The position numbers and the translations under genes are program-made. Below, piece after piece: positions 27,888 through 37,920 of a stretch of 42,395 nucleotides of DNA. The stretch lies in NCBI GenBank assembly GCA_964525565.1, contig CAZGHI010000011.1:24612-67006 (forward strand). The letters run 5' to 3'. The notes beneath the pieces were generated by a model. It made no database searches and was not told the origin of the DNA. It saw only the letters and a list, made by a program, of their open reading frames with translations. How positions within the stretch are numbered: position 1 is the first letter of the stretch; every line of letters starts with the position of its first letter. Source of the stretch: an uncultured Hyphomicrobiales bacterium (GTDB lineage: Bacteria; Bacteroidota; Ignavibacteria; Kapaibacteriales; Kapaibacteriaceae).

Positions 27888-29267
27888 ATGCAGACCGTAA
27901 CGCTTATTAAGGGTGATGGAATCGGACCCGAAATTTCTGAAGCCGTTCAACTGATTTTCCAAGCAGCACACGTTCCAATACAATGGGAAGAAGCCGAAGC
28001 CGGACTGGCATCCATCGAGAGAATTGGCAGCGGCGTACCGCCGGAAACGATTGCCAGTATTAAACGCAACGGTATAGCACTAAAAGGTCCAACAACTACT
28101 CCCGTGGCTGGTGGGCACAAGAGCGTGAATGTTACTATTCGAAAAACCCTTGAACTGTATGCAAATGTTCGGTTGGCAAAGTCAATGCCCGCCGTTCCCA
28201 CAAGATATGAGGGTGTTGATATCCTGGTTTTTCGTGAAAATATAGAAGACACCTATGCTGGTATTGAGCACTATCAAACACCTAATGTGGCACAGACGCT
28301 CAAGCTGATCACCTGGCAGGGTTCAATGGCCTTGATACGATATGCCTTTGAAGAAGCACGAAAACTTGGACGACGCAAGGTAACCTGTGTTCACAAGGCC
28401 AACATCCATAAGCTTACCGATGGGTTGTTCCTTGAGGTATTCCGTAAGGTTGCCGCCGAGTTTACCGACCTCGAAGCCAATGATATCATTGTTGACAATT
28501 GCTGCATGCAACTAGTGTCACGTCCGGAACAGTTTGACGTCCTGGTACTGCCCAATTTGTACGGCGATATTGTGAGTGATCTCTGTGCGGGAATTGTAGG
28601 GGGCTTAGGCGTAGCTCCAGGTGGCAACATTGGCCGCAATTGTGCCGTATTCGAAGCCGTACACGGTTCTGCTCCCGACATTGCCGGTCAAGGGTTGGCG
28701 AATCCAACGGCACTATTACTGAGTGGGATTCAAATGCTGCAATACATGGGGTTACTTGGTCATGCCGAGGCAATCATGAATGCACTAACGGCAACGCTTT
28801 CGAGCGGCATAAAGACACGTGATCTTGGCGGTACCCATTCAACCATGGAATTTGCCCGTGCAATTGCCTCTAACGTGAACCCGACAACAATTGGGAGCGA
28901 AACGAGCGTTGTTGCGCCGCGAACGGCTCCACCCGTTCCGGAAAACATACACGAAGATTGGACGCTCGTAGGTGCCGATGTATTCGTTGAGTGGAGTAAT
29001 GGTCTGCCGCCAATGCCCCCATCGGTTGGACCGCTTGAACTTCGGATGATCAGTAACAGAGGTACCAAGGTGTGGCCAGGCGAACAGCCAGACATCATGC
29101 TGGTTGATCATCATCGGTGTCGGTACATCGGCGAAGGAATTACACCAAAACATATCACAGACGTGTTAAATACTCTCGATCAGAAGGGAATACGCTGGTG
29201 TCACGTAGAACAGTTAAATATTGCAGCAGATTCGCAACCTCGGTTCTCCAAGGCTCAGGGCGAATAA
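27888..29267 (+). CDS. icd: isocitrate dehydrogenase of the NAD-IDH/IPMDH-like (IDH3-type) family, with a C-terminal extension of about 120 aa
   Basis: LIKGDGIGPE, KGPTTTP...SVNVTIRKTLELYANVR, FRENIEDTYAGIEH, HKANIHKLTDGLF and NLYGDIVSDLCAGIVGGLGVAPGGNIG...FEAVHGSAPDIAG are present. Cofactor specificity cannot be read from the sequence by eye. Confidence 0.85.
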   Translation: MQTVTLIKGDGIGPEISEAVQLIFQAAHVPIQWEEAEAGLASIERIGSGVPPETIASIKRNGIALKGPTTTPVAGGHKSVNVTIRKTLELYANVRLAKSMPAVPTRYEGVDILVFRENIEDTYAGIEHYQTPNVAQTLKLITWQGSMALIRYAFEEARKLGRRKVTCVHKANIHKLTDGLFLEVFRKVAAEFTDLEANDIIVDNCCMQLVSRPEQFDVLVLPNLYGDIVSDLCAGIVGGLGVAPGGNIGRNCAVFEAVHGSAPDIAGQGLANPTALLLSGIQMLQYMGLLGHAEAIMNALTATLSSGIKTRDLGGTHSTMEFARAIASNVNPTTIGSETSVVAPRTAPPVPENIHEDWTLVGADVFVEWSNGLPPMPPSVGPLELRMISNRGTKVWPGEQPDIMLVDHHRCRYIGEGITPKHITDVLNTLDQKGIRWCHVEQLNIAADSQPRFSKAQGE

Positions 29268-29297
29268 CAGGCCGAACTTCCTGAACATGGAAGGCAG

Positions 29298-32200
29298 ATG
29301 CCAATGACAAGCAGTAAATCAAATCATTCAGACCCTGTTTCCACCTCCTGGTTAAAACGAGGCGTTCGATTTGTATTCCGAGCTGCTGTGCGAATCATTG
29401 GCACATTGATGATCCTTCTTGCTCTTCTTGTGCTGTTCGCTCAAACCCCGTACTTCCAGCGTCTTGTTCGGGACCAGGGTGTTGCCTTGCTCAATCAGCA
29501 ACTTAACGGCCGTGTTATCGTTGATGATGTGCGCATTGATCTGTTCCATGGAATCGTAATCGAACATCCGCAACTTATTGCTCACGGAAGCCGGGTTTTG
29601 AATGCGGAGAGGTTAACCTTGAATTATGATCTCTCCGCCCTGTTTGTGCGCGTTGCAGCCATTACCAACTTACTTCTGGAACAACCCGAAATCCAGATCA
29701 TACGGTCTGATGATAGCGTTTGGAATGTTCAACGGATCGGCAAAGCCTCGGCAGATACAACTTCAAGCGAACCTCCTAATGGAACGTTTACGGTAAAACG
29801 ATTGAGAATTGATCGAGGTTCACTATATGTGGACGATCGCACAACGGAATGGCCTTCCGGTGATTCGTTCGATCCTACGCACCTGAAAATCAAGGATGTG
29901 AAGCTTGACATGGGCGCACGCCTGAACCTTAGAGCGCATGATGCAAGCTTTGTTATTAACGGCCTTTCGTTCAGAGATGCCACGCTGGGACCGTTCACAT
30001 TAAATCGACTCTCTACGATAGTGCATCTTTCTCCTGCAGGCCTCGATGTTACGCTCCTTCGCATCGATATGCCGCGTACACAATTGCAAGCTGCATTTAC
30101 TATACCGAAAGTGGACATCTTTACCGGGTTCTCGGATAGTCTTCTTTTACTGCATCCGCTGGAAGGGTCGGTTCAAGCTCAACAAGTATGGGGACCCGAT
30201 CTGAAGTACTTTATCCCCGATGTTGACTTTCTGGATGCGTACAATGTCAAAGCAGATGTGCGCTTCGATGGTAATACCATCGCCGTTAACAATGTTATGA
30301 TGAGAGCCGGTCCTTCGGACGTTCGCGGAAGAGTAACGGTATCCGAGCTTCAGGGCCAAAAGCCATTGCATCTGAACATTGCTATTTTCAACAGCACTGG
30401 CGTATATGCAGACATCCGCAGACGAATGCGATTTGTGCCATTGCCGGATTTGCCGTTTCTTACAACTACGCGACTGGACACGGTTTACCTCAGCGGCATG
30501 CCGGACGATTCACTCTATCTCTACGTACAGGCTTCGGACAAGCCAGGAGCCATTGCCGGTGAAATTGAGTTGCTTATGCGCGATCCCGATCTTGGGTATC
30601 GCGCTAACCTGAATATTAGTAACGGCGACCTTAGTACCTTCTCGGATAGTACAATACACTCTTCTCTCAATGGAGTGATTCACGTACAAGGCCGGGGACT
30701 GACACTAGCAACACTTCAGGCCGAAGCAGAGGTAAAACTTTCACAGTCAATGCTGGCGCAGCGAGACTTTCAAAATGTATATATGCGCTTGCAAGCCGAT
30801 GGGCACGGTACCATTGTTGCAGATAGCATTAGTGTAAGACTCGGTTCTGCACCGTCGGACTCTGCTCAGCAAGCAAGGTTGAGTCAGGTACAGCGACTGG
30901 AGATGAGCGGCGAAATAAGTTTAGTAGATCCCGACCGGCCAGTGTATTCGGCATTGATAACCACGGATGGACTAAACGTTGCATCGTTACTGCGAATGCC
31001 GGGAATGCCGCAACAGCTCACAATGAGCATTAATCTCTATGCCGAAGGGTTTGATATCGACAGCCTCAGGGGTACGTTGGGTGGCAGAGTGCAAGAGCTA
31101 ACTCTTGACGACCGTGCGATGTTGCCATTTACAATTAACGCTAGCGTTTCGCGAAATCAGAGTCAGCGTAATTTTAGGCTAACCACAGAGTTCGCTTCAA
31201 TACGAGTTGCCGGTCAGTATATACCTTCGCAACTGATATCATCATGTGCTTCCGGTGCAGAAGCCATGGTGAGTAGAGTTCAAGGTATGATTCAGCACAT
31301 TGTTCCTGGTGCTTCAGCCTCAGCAAAGACATTCGCCGCCATCGAAGACTTCGATGTGTCCATTTCCGCTCGGATCACCGACGCATCCTTTGTTACAATG
31401 CTTCTCCCCCAACTGCACGTATCAGGGGGGGGCGACCTTCGTGCTCGGATGAGTGTGGATAATGATCAATTCGTTCTTACCGTTGATTCATTAAACACGC
31501 AACAACTCATTCTTTCGGGACCAAATCTCGAAGCGTTGATAGATCCAACACATCTGAAGATGGACGTCAAGATTAGCAGCATAAACGCGCAGCCCCTTGT
31601 TGATCGCTTAACTGTTAACGGTTTTGTAGATAGACTTATCATCGTGAATAACGTGAAGCTCACTTCAGCGTCGGTAAAACTTCACCACGATGGAACACAG
31701 GTATTGTTCGAATGTGAATCCGGAGTGAACAACACACATTTTATGGCGGCAGGTCTTTACAAACCACAAACCGAGGCAACGTCCATTAGCCTTGATTCGG
31801 CTCGGTTTGTTTTGGACAAGGACCGTGATCTTCGTTGGCAGCTTTTGGAACCAGCCATTGTAAATGTGAGTGCTGGCGTGTACAACATAGAAAAGTGTGT
31901 CTTTCAACGGCCTTGGCACGAAACAATTTCGGTGAGTGGTATAGTTTCAGAATCATCGTTCATTGGTGGCCGAGTTGTTATTCAAAATTTTCCACTTACC
32001 GACATCACCCGTTTCGTGGACCTAGATTATAGTCATCCTGTTCGTCTAGTTGGGGGCTTGGTTTCGGAGGCTGCTATACAGATTGATGGAACGTGGGAAG
32101 AGCCGAAGATTAAGCTTAGTCTGGGAATCCAGAATGTTTCATATAACAAAGCGTACATCGGAGAGCTAACGGGTGAACTAAACCATCAGAACCAAAACGT

Positions 32201-33923
32201 AAGCGGATGGGCACGTGTCACAAACACGGATTTCGCCACGGAGCGTGAAGCACTGAACCTGGTGGTACGTTCTCTGCCCGTGAACATGGCATTTACCAAC
32301 GTAGAACAAAGAGTAAACGAAGACCGCGCCTGGGACCTCTCGTTAGAGGCACATGCTCTGTCACTTGCCGTTGCCGAGCCGTTTTTGCCTGCCATTGAAC
32401 GAGTACGTGGAAAGACCGATGCCAAGATTGCTCTTCAGGGAAGTCGTTTAAAGGATATTCACTTATCCGGTGCAGCTCACTTCTGGGACGGACGATTCTT
32501 AGCTTCTTCTACCAACGTGTGGTACAACAGTGCTGGCTGGGTTCGATTGGACGGACAAAATCTGTACATCGATTCTATTCAGGTAAGAAACCTTGAAAAA
32601 GATTTTAAGAATGGTACTGCCAAGGCTAGTGGTGTAGTTGTTTTCAAGGACTTAACGGTTGATAGTATAGACTTTACTGTCCGAACACCTGCAAAACGAG
32701 GCATCATGGTTATGACGCCTTCTTCACAAGCACGGAGTCCAAACGTGTATGGTGATCTAATCATCGGCTCAGGGTTGCAGCCTATACGAATGTTTGGCAA
32801 ACTAGATTCCCCAAAACTTACCGGCGACATTGTTGTTCACTACTCAAACCTTACCTTTCCAAAGGAGAGATCAACAACGAAAGCACGTTCTTCTGGCTTT
32901 GAATATATCCGAAGCACAGATGTTGCCGCAAAACAGAGTCTGGAGGAGTACACATTATATGGTTTACTTACCGACACTTCGGCGCAGCCTACTCCAGCGG
33001 ACCCGATGCAGCAAACAAGTGAGGCAATTAAACAAGCGATCAAGGCAACCAGCCAGTCTTTTGTTGACATTATGGATTTTGACCTTGAAATTTTTCTTCG
33101 AGGACGCACGCTGTTAACGATGAACCTTGGCACGTTTGAGACACTAACGGCAGATTTAGAACCGGCAGTTGCAAATGAGCCGCTGACATTTACAGGACGT
33201 TTTGCAGATAATAACACTGACCTGCGTGGCAGCGTTCGCCTAAAAGAAGGCGCCAGTACGTACAAGTTTTACAAGCCATTCCGCACAAGCGGCTTACTAA
33301 ACTTCTCGCAAGGTGGAATGACAAATCCCGGACTTGATCTAGTTGCCGTTTACCAAGACAGACGTAATATCAGCTCTGAAAGGTCCGAAGAGTACAAGGT
33401 GGAACTTCGAATCACTGGTACCAAAGAACGCCCGCGCATAGCCTATCGGGTATGGCGAAACGACAGAGAAATGGTAGGAGACAGCACAAAAATTGCCAGT
33501 GATGCTCTCATGTTAATTCTCGTTGGTAAAACAAGTGACGAGCTCACGTCGTCCGGACAGGGCGATCTTGTTGGTCAGGTGAATGCTGCATTCTCTGCAG
33601 TTGCTACAAATGCACTCTCAGATATCATCAGCGACCTAGGTTTTGTGCAGAATGCGCAGATAGATGTCGGGAGCGACGTTTCACAGAGCAGGATTATCGT
33701 AAGCGGTCAACTTTTTGGCGACGTTTCGTACCGTGTAAGCGGCCAGATAAGTGATTTATCAGGTAACAGTACCTTTACCGTTTCCATTCCTTTGCGTATG
33801 CTTAGCGATGCGGAAGCAATGAAACTATTCCAGGCTGATGTTTCCCACACGGTTAATAACTCCGGCAACATCACACGGCAAACCCGGTTGTGGGAGATTA
33901 AACTCGGAGCACGGATACAGTAG
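29298..33923 (+). CDS. tamB: translocation and assembly module protein TamB (AsmA-like, DUF490 C-terminus)
   Basis: The protein is 1541 aa with a single N-terminal TM anchor (IIGTLMILLALLVLFAQ). It has a long beta-rich body and a C-terminal region ending in ...RQTRLWEIKLGARIQ, as in TamB/DUF490 proteins. Confidence 0.78.
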   Translation: MPMTSSKSNHSDPVSTSWLKRGVRFVFRAAVRIIGTLMILLALLVLFAQTPYFQRLVRDQGVALLNQQLNGRVIVDDVRIDLFHGIVIEHPQLIAHGSRVLNAERLTLNYDLSALFVRVAAITNLLLEQPEIQIIRSDDSVWNVQRIGKASADTTSSEPPNGTFTVKRLRIDRGSLYVDDRTTEWPSGDSFDPTHLKIKDVKLDMGARLNLRAHDASFVINGLSFRDATLGPFTLNRLSTIVHLSPAGLDVTLLRIDMPRTQLQAAFTIPKVDIFTGFSDSLLLLHPLEGSVQAQQVWGPDLKYFIPDVDFLDAYNVKADVRFDGNTIAVNNVMMRAGPSDVRGRVTVSELQGQKPLHLNIAIFNSTGVYADIRRRMRFVPLPDLPFLTTTRLDTVYLSGMPDDSLYLYVQASDKPGAIAGEIELLMRDPDLGYRANLNISNGDLSTFSDSTIHSSLNGVIHVQGRGLTLATLQAEAEVKLSQSMLAQRDFQNVYMRLQADGHGTIVADSISVRLGSAPSDSAQQARLSQVQRLEMSGEISLVDPDRPVYSALITTDGLNVASLLRMPGMPQQLTMSINLYAEGFDIDSLRGTLGGRVQELTLDDRAMLPFTINASVSRNQSQRNFRLTTEFASIRVAGQYIPSQLISSCASGAEAMVSRVQGMIQHIVPGASASAKTFAAIEDFDVSISARITDASFVTMLLPQLHVSGGGDLRARMSVDNDQFVLTVDSLNTQQLILSGPNLEALIDPTHLKMDVKISSINAQPLVDRLTVNGFVDRLIIVNNVKLTSASVKLHHDGTQVLFECESGVNNTHFMAAGLYKPQTEATSISLDSARFVLDKDRDLRWQLLEPAIVNVSAGVYNIEKCVFQRPWHETISVSGIVSESSFIGGRVVIQNFPLTDITRFVDLDYSHPVRLVGGLVSEAAIQIDGTWEEPKIKLSLGIQNVSYNKAYIGELTGELNHQNQNVSGWARVTNTDFATEREALNLVVRSLPVNMAFTNVEQRVNEDRAWDLSLEAHALSLAVAEPFLPAIERVRGKTDAKIALQGSRLKDIHLSGAAHFWDGRFLASSTNVWYNSAGWVRLDGQNLYIDSIQVRNLEKDFKNGTAKASGVVVFKDLTVDSIDFTVRTPAKRGIMVMTPSSQARSPNVYGDLIIGSGLQPIRMFGKLDSPKLTGDIVVHYSNLTFPKERSTTKARSSGFEYIRSTDVAAKQSLEEYTLYGLLTDTSAQPTPADPMQQTSEAIKQAIKATSQSFVDIMDFDLEIFLRGRTLLTMNLGTFETLTADLEPAVANEPLTFTGRFADNNTDLRGSVRLKEGASTYKFYKPFRTSGLLNFSQGGMTNPGLDLVAVYQDRRNISSERSEEYKVELRITGTKERPRIAYRVWRNDREMVGDSTKIASDALMLILVGKTSDELTSSGQGDLVGQVNAAFSAVATNALSDIISDLGFVQNAQIDVGSDVSQSRIIVSGQLFGDVSYRVSGQISDLSGNSTFTVSIPLRMLSDAEAMKLFQADVSHTVNNSGNITRQTRLWEIKLGARIQ
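31425..31432 (+). repeat. G8 homopolymer inside tamB (encodes G-G-G)
   Basis: Direct reading of the sequence: atcagggggggg c. Confidence 0.95.
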
Positions 33924-33949
33924 GTTGTGAGAGAAGCATGTTGCCACCC

Positions 33950-35095
33950 TCATGCCTTTAAGAGTTCCCTTGCGATAACGATGTGCTGAATCTCGCTCGT
34001 CCCCTCGTAAATCTCCGTGATCTTTGCGTCGCGGAGAAAGCGCTCTACGAGGTACTCCCGCACATATCCATAGCCACCATGAACCTGAATAGCCTCCAGT
34101 GCAACGTGGACGGCAGTTTGAGAGGCCAGCAGTTTTGCCTGTGCAGCAGCTTTAATGTAGTTCTGATGTTGGTCCTTTAACCAAGCGGCTTTATAAACAA
34201 GAATACGAGCAGCTTCCACACGCGTAGCCATATCGGCCAACTTCATCTGGATAGCTTGTAGATCGCTGATTGGTTTGCCGAAGGCTTTGCGCTGTTTCGA
34301 ATATGCTAGTGCCGCTTCGAAAGCCCCTTTTGCAATACCAAGTGCTTGTGCTGCGATGCCGATACGCCCACCATTAAGCGATTCCATGGCAATTTTAAAT
34401 CCCTGGCCAACATCACCCAGTACCATGGAGTCAGGCACAAAAACATTCGTTAGTCCAATCGAACACGTATCACTCGATCGGATACCCAATTTGTCTTCTT
34501 TAAGCCCCGGTTCAAATCCCGGAGCCGAGCTGGGGACGATGAAACAAGTAATTCCTTTATGACGCAACTCGCGATCGGTTTGCGCCATCACAAGATGCCA
34601 CGAAGCGGTTGTGCCGTTTGTTATCCAATTCTTTGTTCCGTTCAGTATCCATCCGCCATCGCCACGAACAGCAGTAGTGTGCTGTTGTGTTGCATCGCTT
34701 CCTGCCTCCGGTTCCGACAAGCAAAAAGCACCATGAACATGACCCTGTGCAAGAGGGGTGAGCACATTTCTCTTTTGTTCGTCTGACCCGTACGTTTCTA
34801 GCCCCCAGCATACTAGAGAGTTGTTCACACTCATGATTACCCCGACCGAGGCATCCACGGCACTAATTTCTTCCAATGCCAAGACATAACTAAGAGCGTC
34901 GAGTCCCGAACCACCCCACTCCGGACTTACCATCATCCCTAGAAAACCCAGTTCGCCCATTTTTCGAACGATGTCAGTTGGGAACTCGCCTGTTTTATCG
35001 CGTTCAACAGCCGAAGGGGCTACGTCGTTCTGCGCGAAATCACGCGCAGTTTGGCGAATCATTTCATGAGTTTCGGAGAAGTTCAGAGAAAACAT
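33950..35095 (-). CDS. acyl-CoA dehydrogenase (short/medium-chain, butyryl-CoA dehydrogenase-like)
   Basis: ATG at 35095 gives MFSLNFSETHEMIRQTARDFAQNDVAP... (381 aa). CLSEPEAGSDA, WITNG, the catalytic region YEGTSEIQ and the overall ACAD pattern are present. The 77-aa low-complexity upstream extension in the ORF track is rejected. Confidence 0.9.
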   Translation of the reverse strand: MFSLNFSETHEMIRQTARDFAQNDVAPSAVERDKTGEFPTDIVRKMGELGFLGMMVSPEWGGSGLDALSYVLALEEISAVDASVGVIMSVNNSLVCWGLETYGSDEQKRNVLTPLAQGHVHGAFCLSEPEAGSDATQQHTTAVRGDGGWILNGTKNWITNGTTASWHLVMAQTDRELRHKGITCFIVPSSAPGFEPGLKEDKLGIRSSDTCSIGLTNVFVPDSMVLGDVGQGFKIAMESLNGGRIGIAAQALGIAKGAFEAALAYSKQRKAFGKPISDLQAIQMKLADMATRVEAARILVYKAAWLKDQHQNYIKAAAQAKLLASQTAVHVALEAIQVHGGYGYVREYLVERFLRDAKITEIYEGTSEIQHIVIARELLKA

Positions 35096-35204
35096 GGTCA
35101 GGCCAATACTAGATTGTGAGTATGGAGTGTGCGCAGCGGGTAACGATATGCCAGTACTAGGCAGTGCTCCGTTGTTAATCGAGCGCAGAGAAAACGGTCC
35201 GTCG

Positions 35205-35212
35205 CAAAAATA
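35205..35212 (-). promoter_or_regulatory. TATTTTTG on the minus strand (CAAAAATA on plus), matching TAnnTTTG
   Basis: Exact match, about 110 nt upstream of the acyl-CoA dehydrogenase ATG, in the anmK/acd spacer. Confidence 0.3.
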
Positions 35213-35223
35213 ACGTTTGCTGT

Positions 35224-36339
35224 CTAATCGAAGATTGTTGCACGGGCTATTGAACCCAGAACAACCCTTGCTGTAGCTCCCGTTACCGATGGAAGATTTC
35301 CCGGTTGTTGATGCCAGGTAAGCCATGCCAGGTATGCAAAAGCGGCAGCTTCCTTTGCGTCAGGATTGAGTCCATAAAACGATGACGACACAACGTTGAT
35401 ACCCGAAAGAAGTGATTGAATCCGGTTCATGAGAAACGTATTATGGACGCCACCGCCACTGACAATAACCTCGGTTGTTTCCGGATGATACCGAAGAATA
35501 TGATCGGCAATTGACCACGCAGTGAGTTCGGTAACCGTTGTAACCAGATCCTCGGCAGGTATTGAAGGGTGCGAATATCGCTTCCACATCCGCTCCGCAA
35601 GGTCCTCGCCAAACACTTCCCGTCCAGTTGACTTCGGAGGTGATTCCCGAAAATATTCCATAGACTGCAGCTCGTTAAGAGCACGTTCCAGCACAATACC
35701 AGAAGCGGCAATCTTGCCATCTTCGTCGAACTGTTTGCCAAAACTTAAGCGACAAATAGAATTGATGAGTATGTTACCCGGACCCGTATCGAATGCCTTC
35801 ACCATCCCATGGTATCCATCTGGTGGAAGCAGGGTCACGTTGGCCATTCCTCCAATATTTAGTGCTACACGGGGCTTGCTTGATCTGAACAGGGCAAGAT
35901 CGAACATCGGTACCAAAGGCGCACCCTGACCGCCCAAGGCAACGTCGGCACTCCGGAAGTCGTACACTACGGGAAGACCTAGAAGTGCTGAAAGCGCAGG
36001 GCCTGATACCGATTGCCATGTTGCGCGTGGCGGACAATGCCATAATGTTTGCCCATGAACACCAACGACGTCGGGTACAAGAGCGCTTGCATTCATAGCG
36101 CTCTTCACCGAGTTGGCGAAGGCGCGAGCAAGGTCAAATGGCAAAAGGGCGAGTTCCTCCAGACTACTTTCACCGGAGAGGGCTCGAGTAACAGCCGCCT
36201 GAAGCTCCGGGGAATAGGGAGTTTGTGAATAGTAAAGTAGTTCGACGGAAAACGGCAGAGTAGGGTCAGTCGGGAATCGGCAGATTGCAACATCTATTGC
36301 ATCTACCGATGTACCCGTCATTACTACGGCAACGATCAC
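35224..36339 (-). CDS. anmK: anhydro-N-acetylmuramic acid kinase
   Basis: The N-terminus has the MTGTSVDAIDVA motif (compare GxMSGTSxDGxD). VGVHGQTLWH and DFRSADVALGGQGAPLVP match AnmK. The start is 4 nt after the nuoB stop. Confidence 0.85.
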   Translation of the reverse strand: MIVAVVMTGTSVDAIDVAICRFPTDPTLPFSVELLYYSQTPYSPELQAAVTRALSGESSLEELALLPFDLARAFANSVKSAMNASALVPDVVGVHGQTLWHCPPRATWQSVSGPALSALLGLPVVYDFRSADVALGGQGAPLVPMFDLALFRSSKPRVALNIGGMANVTLLPPDGYHGMVKAFDTGPGNILINSICRLSFGKQFDEDGKIAASGIVLERALNELQSMEYFRESPPKSTGREVFGEDLAERMWKRYSHPSIPAEDLVTTVTELTAWSIADHILRYHPETTEVIVSGGGVHNTFLMNRIQSLLSGINVVSSSFYGLNPDAKEAAAFAYLAWLTWHQQPGNLPSVTGATARVVLGSIARATIFD

Positions 36340-36343
36340 GCAG

Positions 36344-36874
36344 TTAAACTGTTATTAGGTCAGAACGGCGAATACTTCCGGTGTCCTTACCGAAGTTCGC
36401 CAAGGTAGGTTTGGAGTTCGAAACCTTTTCCTGAATGTAGAGAAGGGCCTTCATCAGGGCTTCTGGTCGCGGCGGACATCCGCTCACATATGCATCTACC
36501 GGTAGGAACTGGTCTATTCCTTGAACTACGGGGTAGGACCTAAACATCCCTCCTGTACTTGTGCATACACCCATTGCTATACACCACTTGGGGTCGGGCA
36601 TCTGATCCCAGATTTTCTTAACCACCCAACTCATTTTATATGTAACTGTTCCGGCAACAATCATCAGGTCAGCCTGACGTGGAGAGAAGCTGAATCGTTC
36701 TGACCCAAAGCGGGACGAGTCGGCGCGCGGACCACCGAACGCCATCATTTCGATTGCACAACAACTTATGCCCATGGGCATTGGCCACAGCGAGTTGCGC
36801 TGGGCCCACGTAATTACCGATTCAACCGTGGTTGTTACAAATCCGTCTCGGGCAATACGTTCATTTAGTCCCAC
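36344..36874 (-). CDS. nuoB: NADH-quinone oxidoreductase subunit B
   Basis: [40 protein letters not shown] and [11 protein letters not shown] are present. These carry the four Cys ligands of cluster N2. Confidence 0.93.
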   Translation of the reverse strand: MGLNERIARDGFVTTTVESVITWAQRNSLWPMPMGISCCAIEMMAFGGPRADSSRFGSERFSFSPRQADLMIVAGTVTYKMSWVVKKIWDQMPDPKWCIAMGVCTSTGGMFRSYPVVQGIDQFLPVDAYVSGCPPRPEALMKALLYIQEKVSNSKPTLANFGKDTGSIRRSDLITV

Positions 36875-37221
36875 TTGAGTGCTCCCTTCTTAACAACATA
36901 CAGGTAACCGCTGAAGAGCAGAATCATAAACAGAATCATGGCAATAAAACCATACATACCTAATTCCTTAAACTGCACTGCCCACGGGTACATGAAGATG
37001 ATTTCAATGTCGAAAAGGATAAACATCATCGCAACCATGTAGAATTTTACCGTAAAGCGCTCACGTGCAGTCTTTACCGGCTCCATACCAGATTCATACG
37101 TCGAGAGCTTGGCGCGCGTACTCCTTCGGGGTCCCAACCATTCAGCCAGGACGATGTTGCTTACGCCAAAAATGAGACCCACAAGGATCATCACCATGAG
37201 AGGTATGTATGTTTCAAGCAT
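36865..37221 (-). CDS. nuoA: NADH-quinone oxidoreductase subunit A
   Basis: The protein is 118 aa with three TM helices. YESGMEP...[27 protein letters not shown] is the canonical NuoA/ND3 motif. It overlaps the nuoB start by 10 nt. Confidence 0.9.
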   Translation of the reverse strand: MLETYIPLMVMILVGLIFGVSNIVLAEWLGPRRSTRAKLSTYESGMEPVKTARERFTVKFYMVAMMFILFDIEIIFMYPWAVQFKELGMYGFIAMILFMILLFSGYLYVVKKGALKWD

Positions 37222-37241
37222 AGGCGTTTCCCTTTACCACG

Positions 37242-37249
37242 CAAACTTA
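37242..37249 (-). promoter_or_regulatory. TAAGTTTG on the minus strand (CAAACTTA on plus), matching TAnnTTTG, upstream of nuoA
   Basis: Exact match, 21-28 nt upstream of the nuoA ATG at 37221. Confidence 0.4.
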
Positions 37250-37284
37250 CCAAAACAACATGGAGTGCACAGTTAATTTCGTAC

Positions 37285-37920
37285 ATGATTATCACAGAAA
37301 CGATTGAGGCCGGTCCGGTTGCTACCAACGCCTACGTGGTTTGCAATCTTTCCACGCACCTTGCGTTTTGTGTGGATGCACCTCCGCAGAGTGCCGAAGC
37401 AATTCTTGACGTTGTCCGCAATCACTCGTGCAAACTCACAGATGTTCTGCTCACACATACTCATTGGGACCATACCGCTGATTGTTCACCACTGGTAAAG
37501 CAAACGGGAGCGAAACTAAGTGTTCATGCACTCGATGCCTACAGACTTTTGGATCCCAACAGGCACACGGTATGGCCATTAACGATAACGCTGGATCGAG
37601 TTGTTCCGGACAACGTGTTCTCGGGAAATCAACGTATTCATCCCGCGGGTATCGGTTTGCACGTAGTGCATACTCCCGGGCACACCGAAGGAGGAGTGTG
37701 TTTTATAGACGAGGCCAATGAGCGAGTTTTTGTTGGCGACACCTTATTTGCCGGTAGCGTTGGAAGAACAGACCTACCCGGGGGAGATATGGACGTGCTC
37801 ATACAGTCCATACATTCCGTACTGATGACTCTTCCCGATAACTACCTTGTTTTGCCAGGCCACGGACCTACTACAACCATCGGTCGTGAACGCACATCCA
37901 ATCCGTTTGTAACACCGTGA
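37285..37920 (+). CDS. MBL-fold metallo-hydrolase (glyoxalase II / hydroxyacylglutathione hydrolase-like)
   Basis: LLTHTHWDH (the HxHxDH motif), HTPGHTEGG, GDTLFAGSVGRTD and LPGHGP are present. Confidence 0.85.
   Translation: MIITETIEAGPVATNAYVVCNLSTHLAFCVDAPPQSAEAILDVVRNHSCKLTDVLLTHTHWDHTADCSPLVKQTGAKLSVHALDAYRLLDPNRHTVWPLTITLDRVVPDNVFSGNQRIHPAGIGLHVVHTPGHTEGGVCFIDEANERVFVGDTLFAGSVGRTDLPGGDMDVLIQSIHSVLMTLPDNYLVLPGHGPTTTIGRERTSNPFVTP

Noticed and set aside
35096-35326. A 77-aa N-terminal extension of the acyl-CoA dehydrogenase that overlaps the anmK 3' end.
   Set aside because: The sequence is low-complexity (S/G/N-rich). ACADs of this class are about 380 aa and begin near MxFxL(S/T)E. ATG 35095 fits.
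36344-36874. The possibility that the lone NuoB-like gene is a hydrogenase or Fpo small-subunit homologue rather than complex I NuoB.
   Set aside because: It is immediately preceded by, and overlaps, a canonical NuoA/ND3 gene. It also carries the NuoB-type CCxxE...GxCxxxGG...CPP motifs. No hydrogenase large-subunit gene is nearby.
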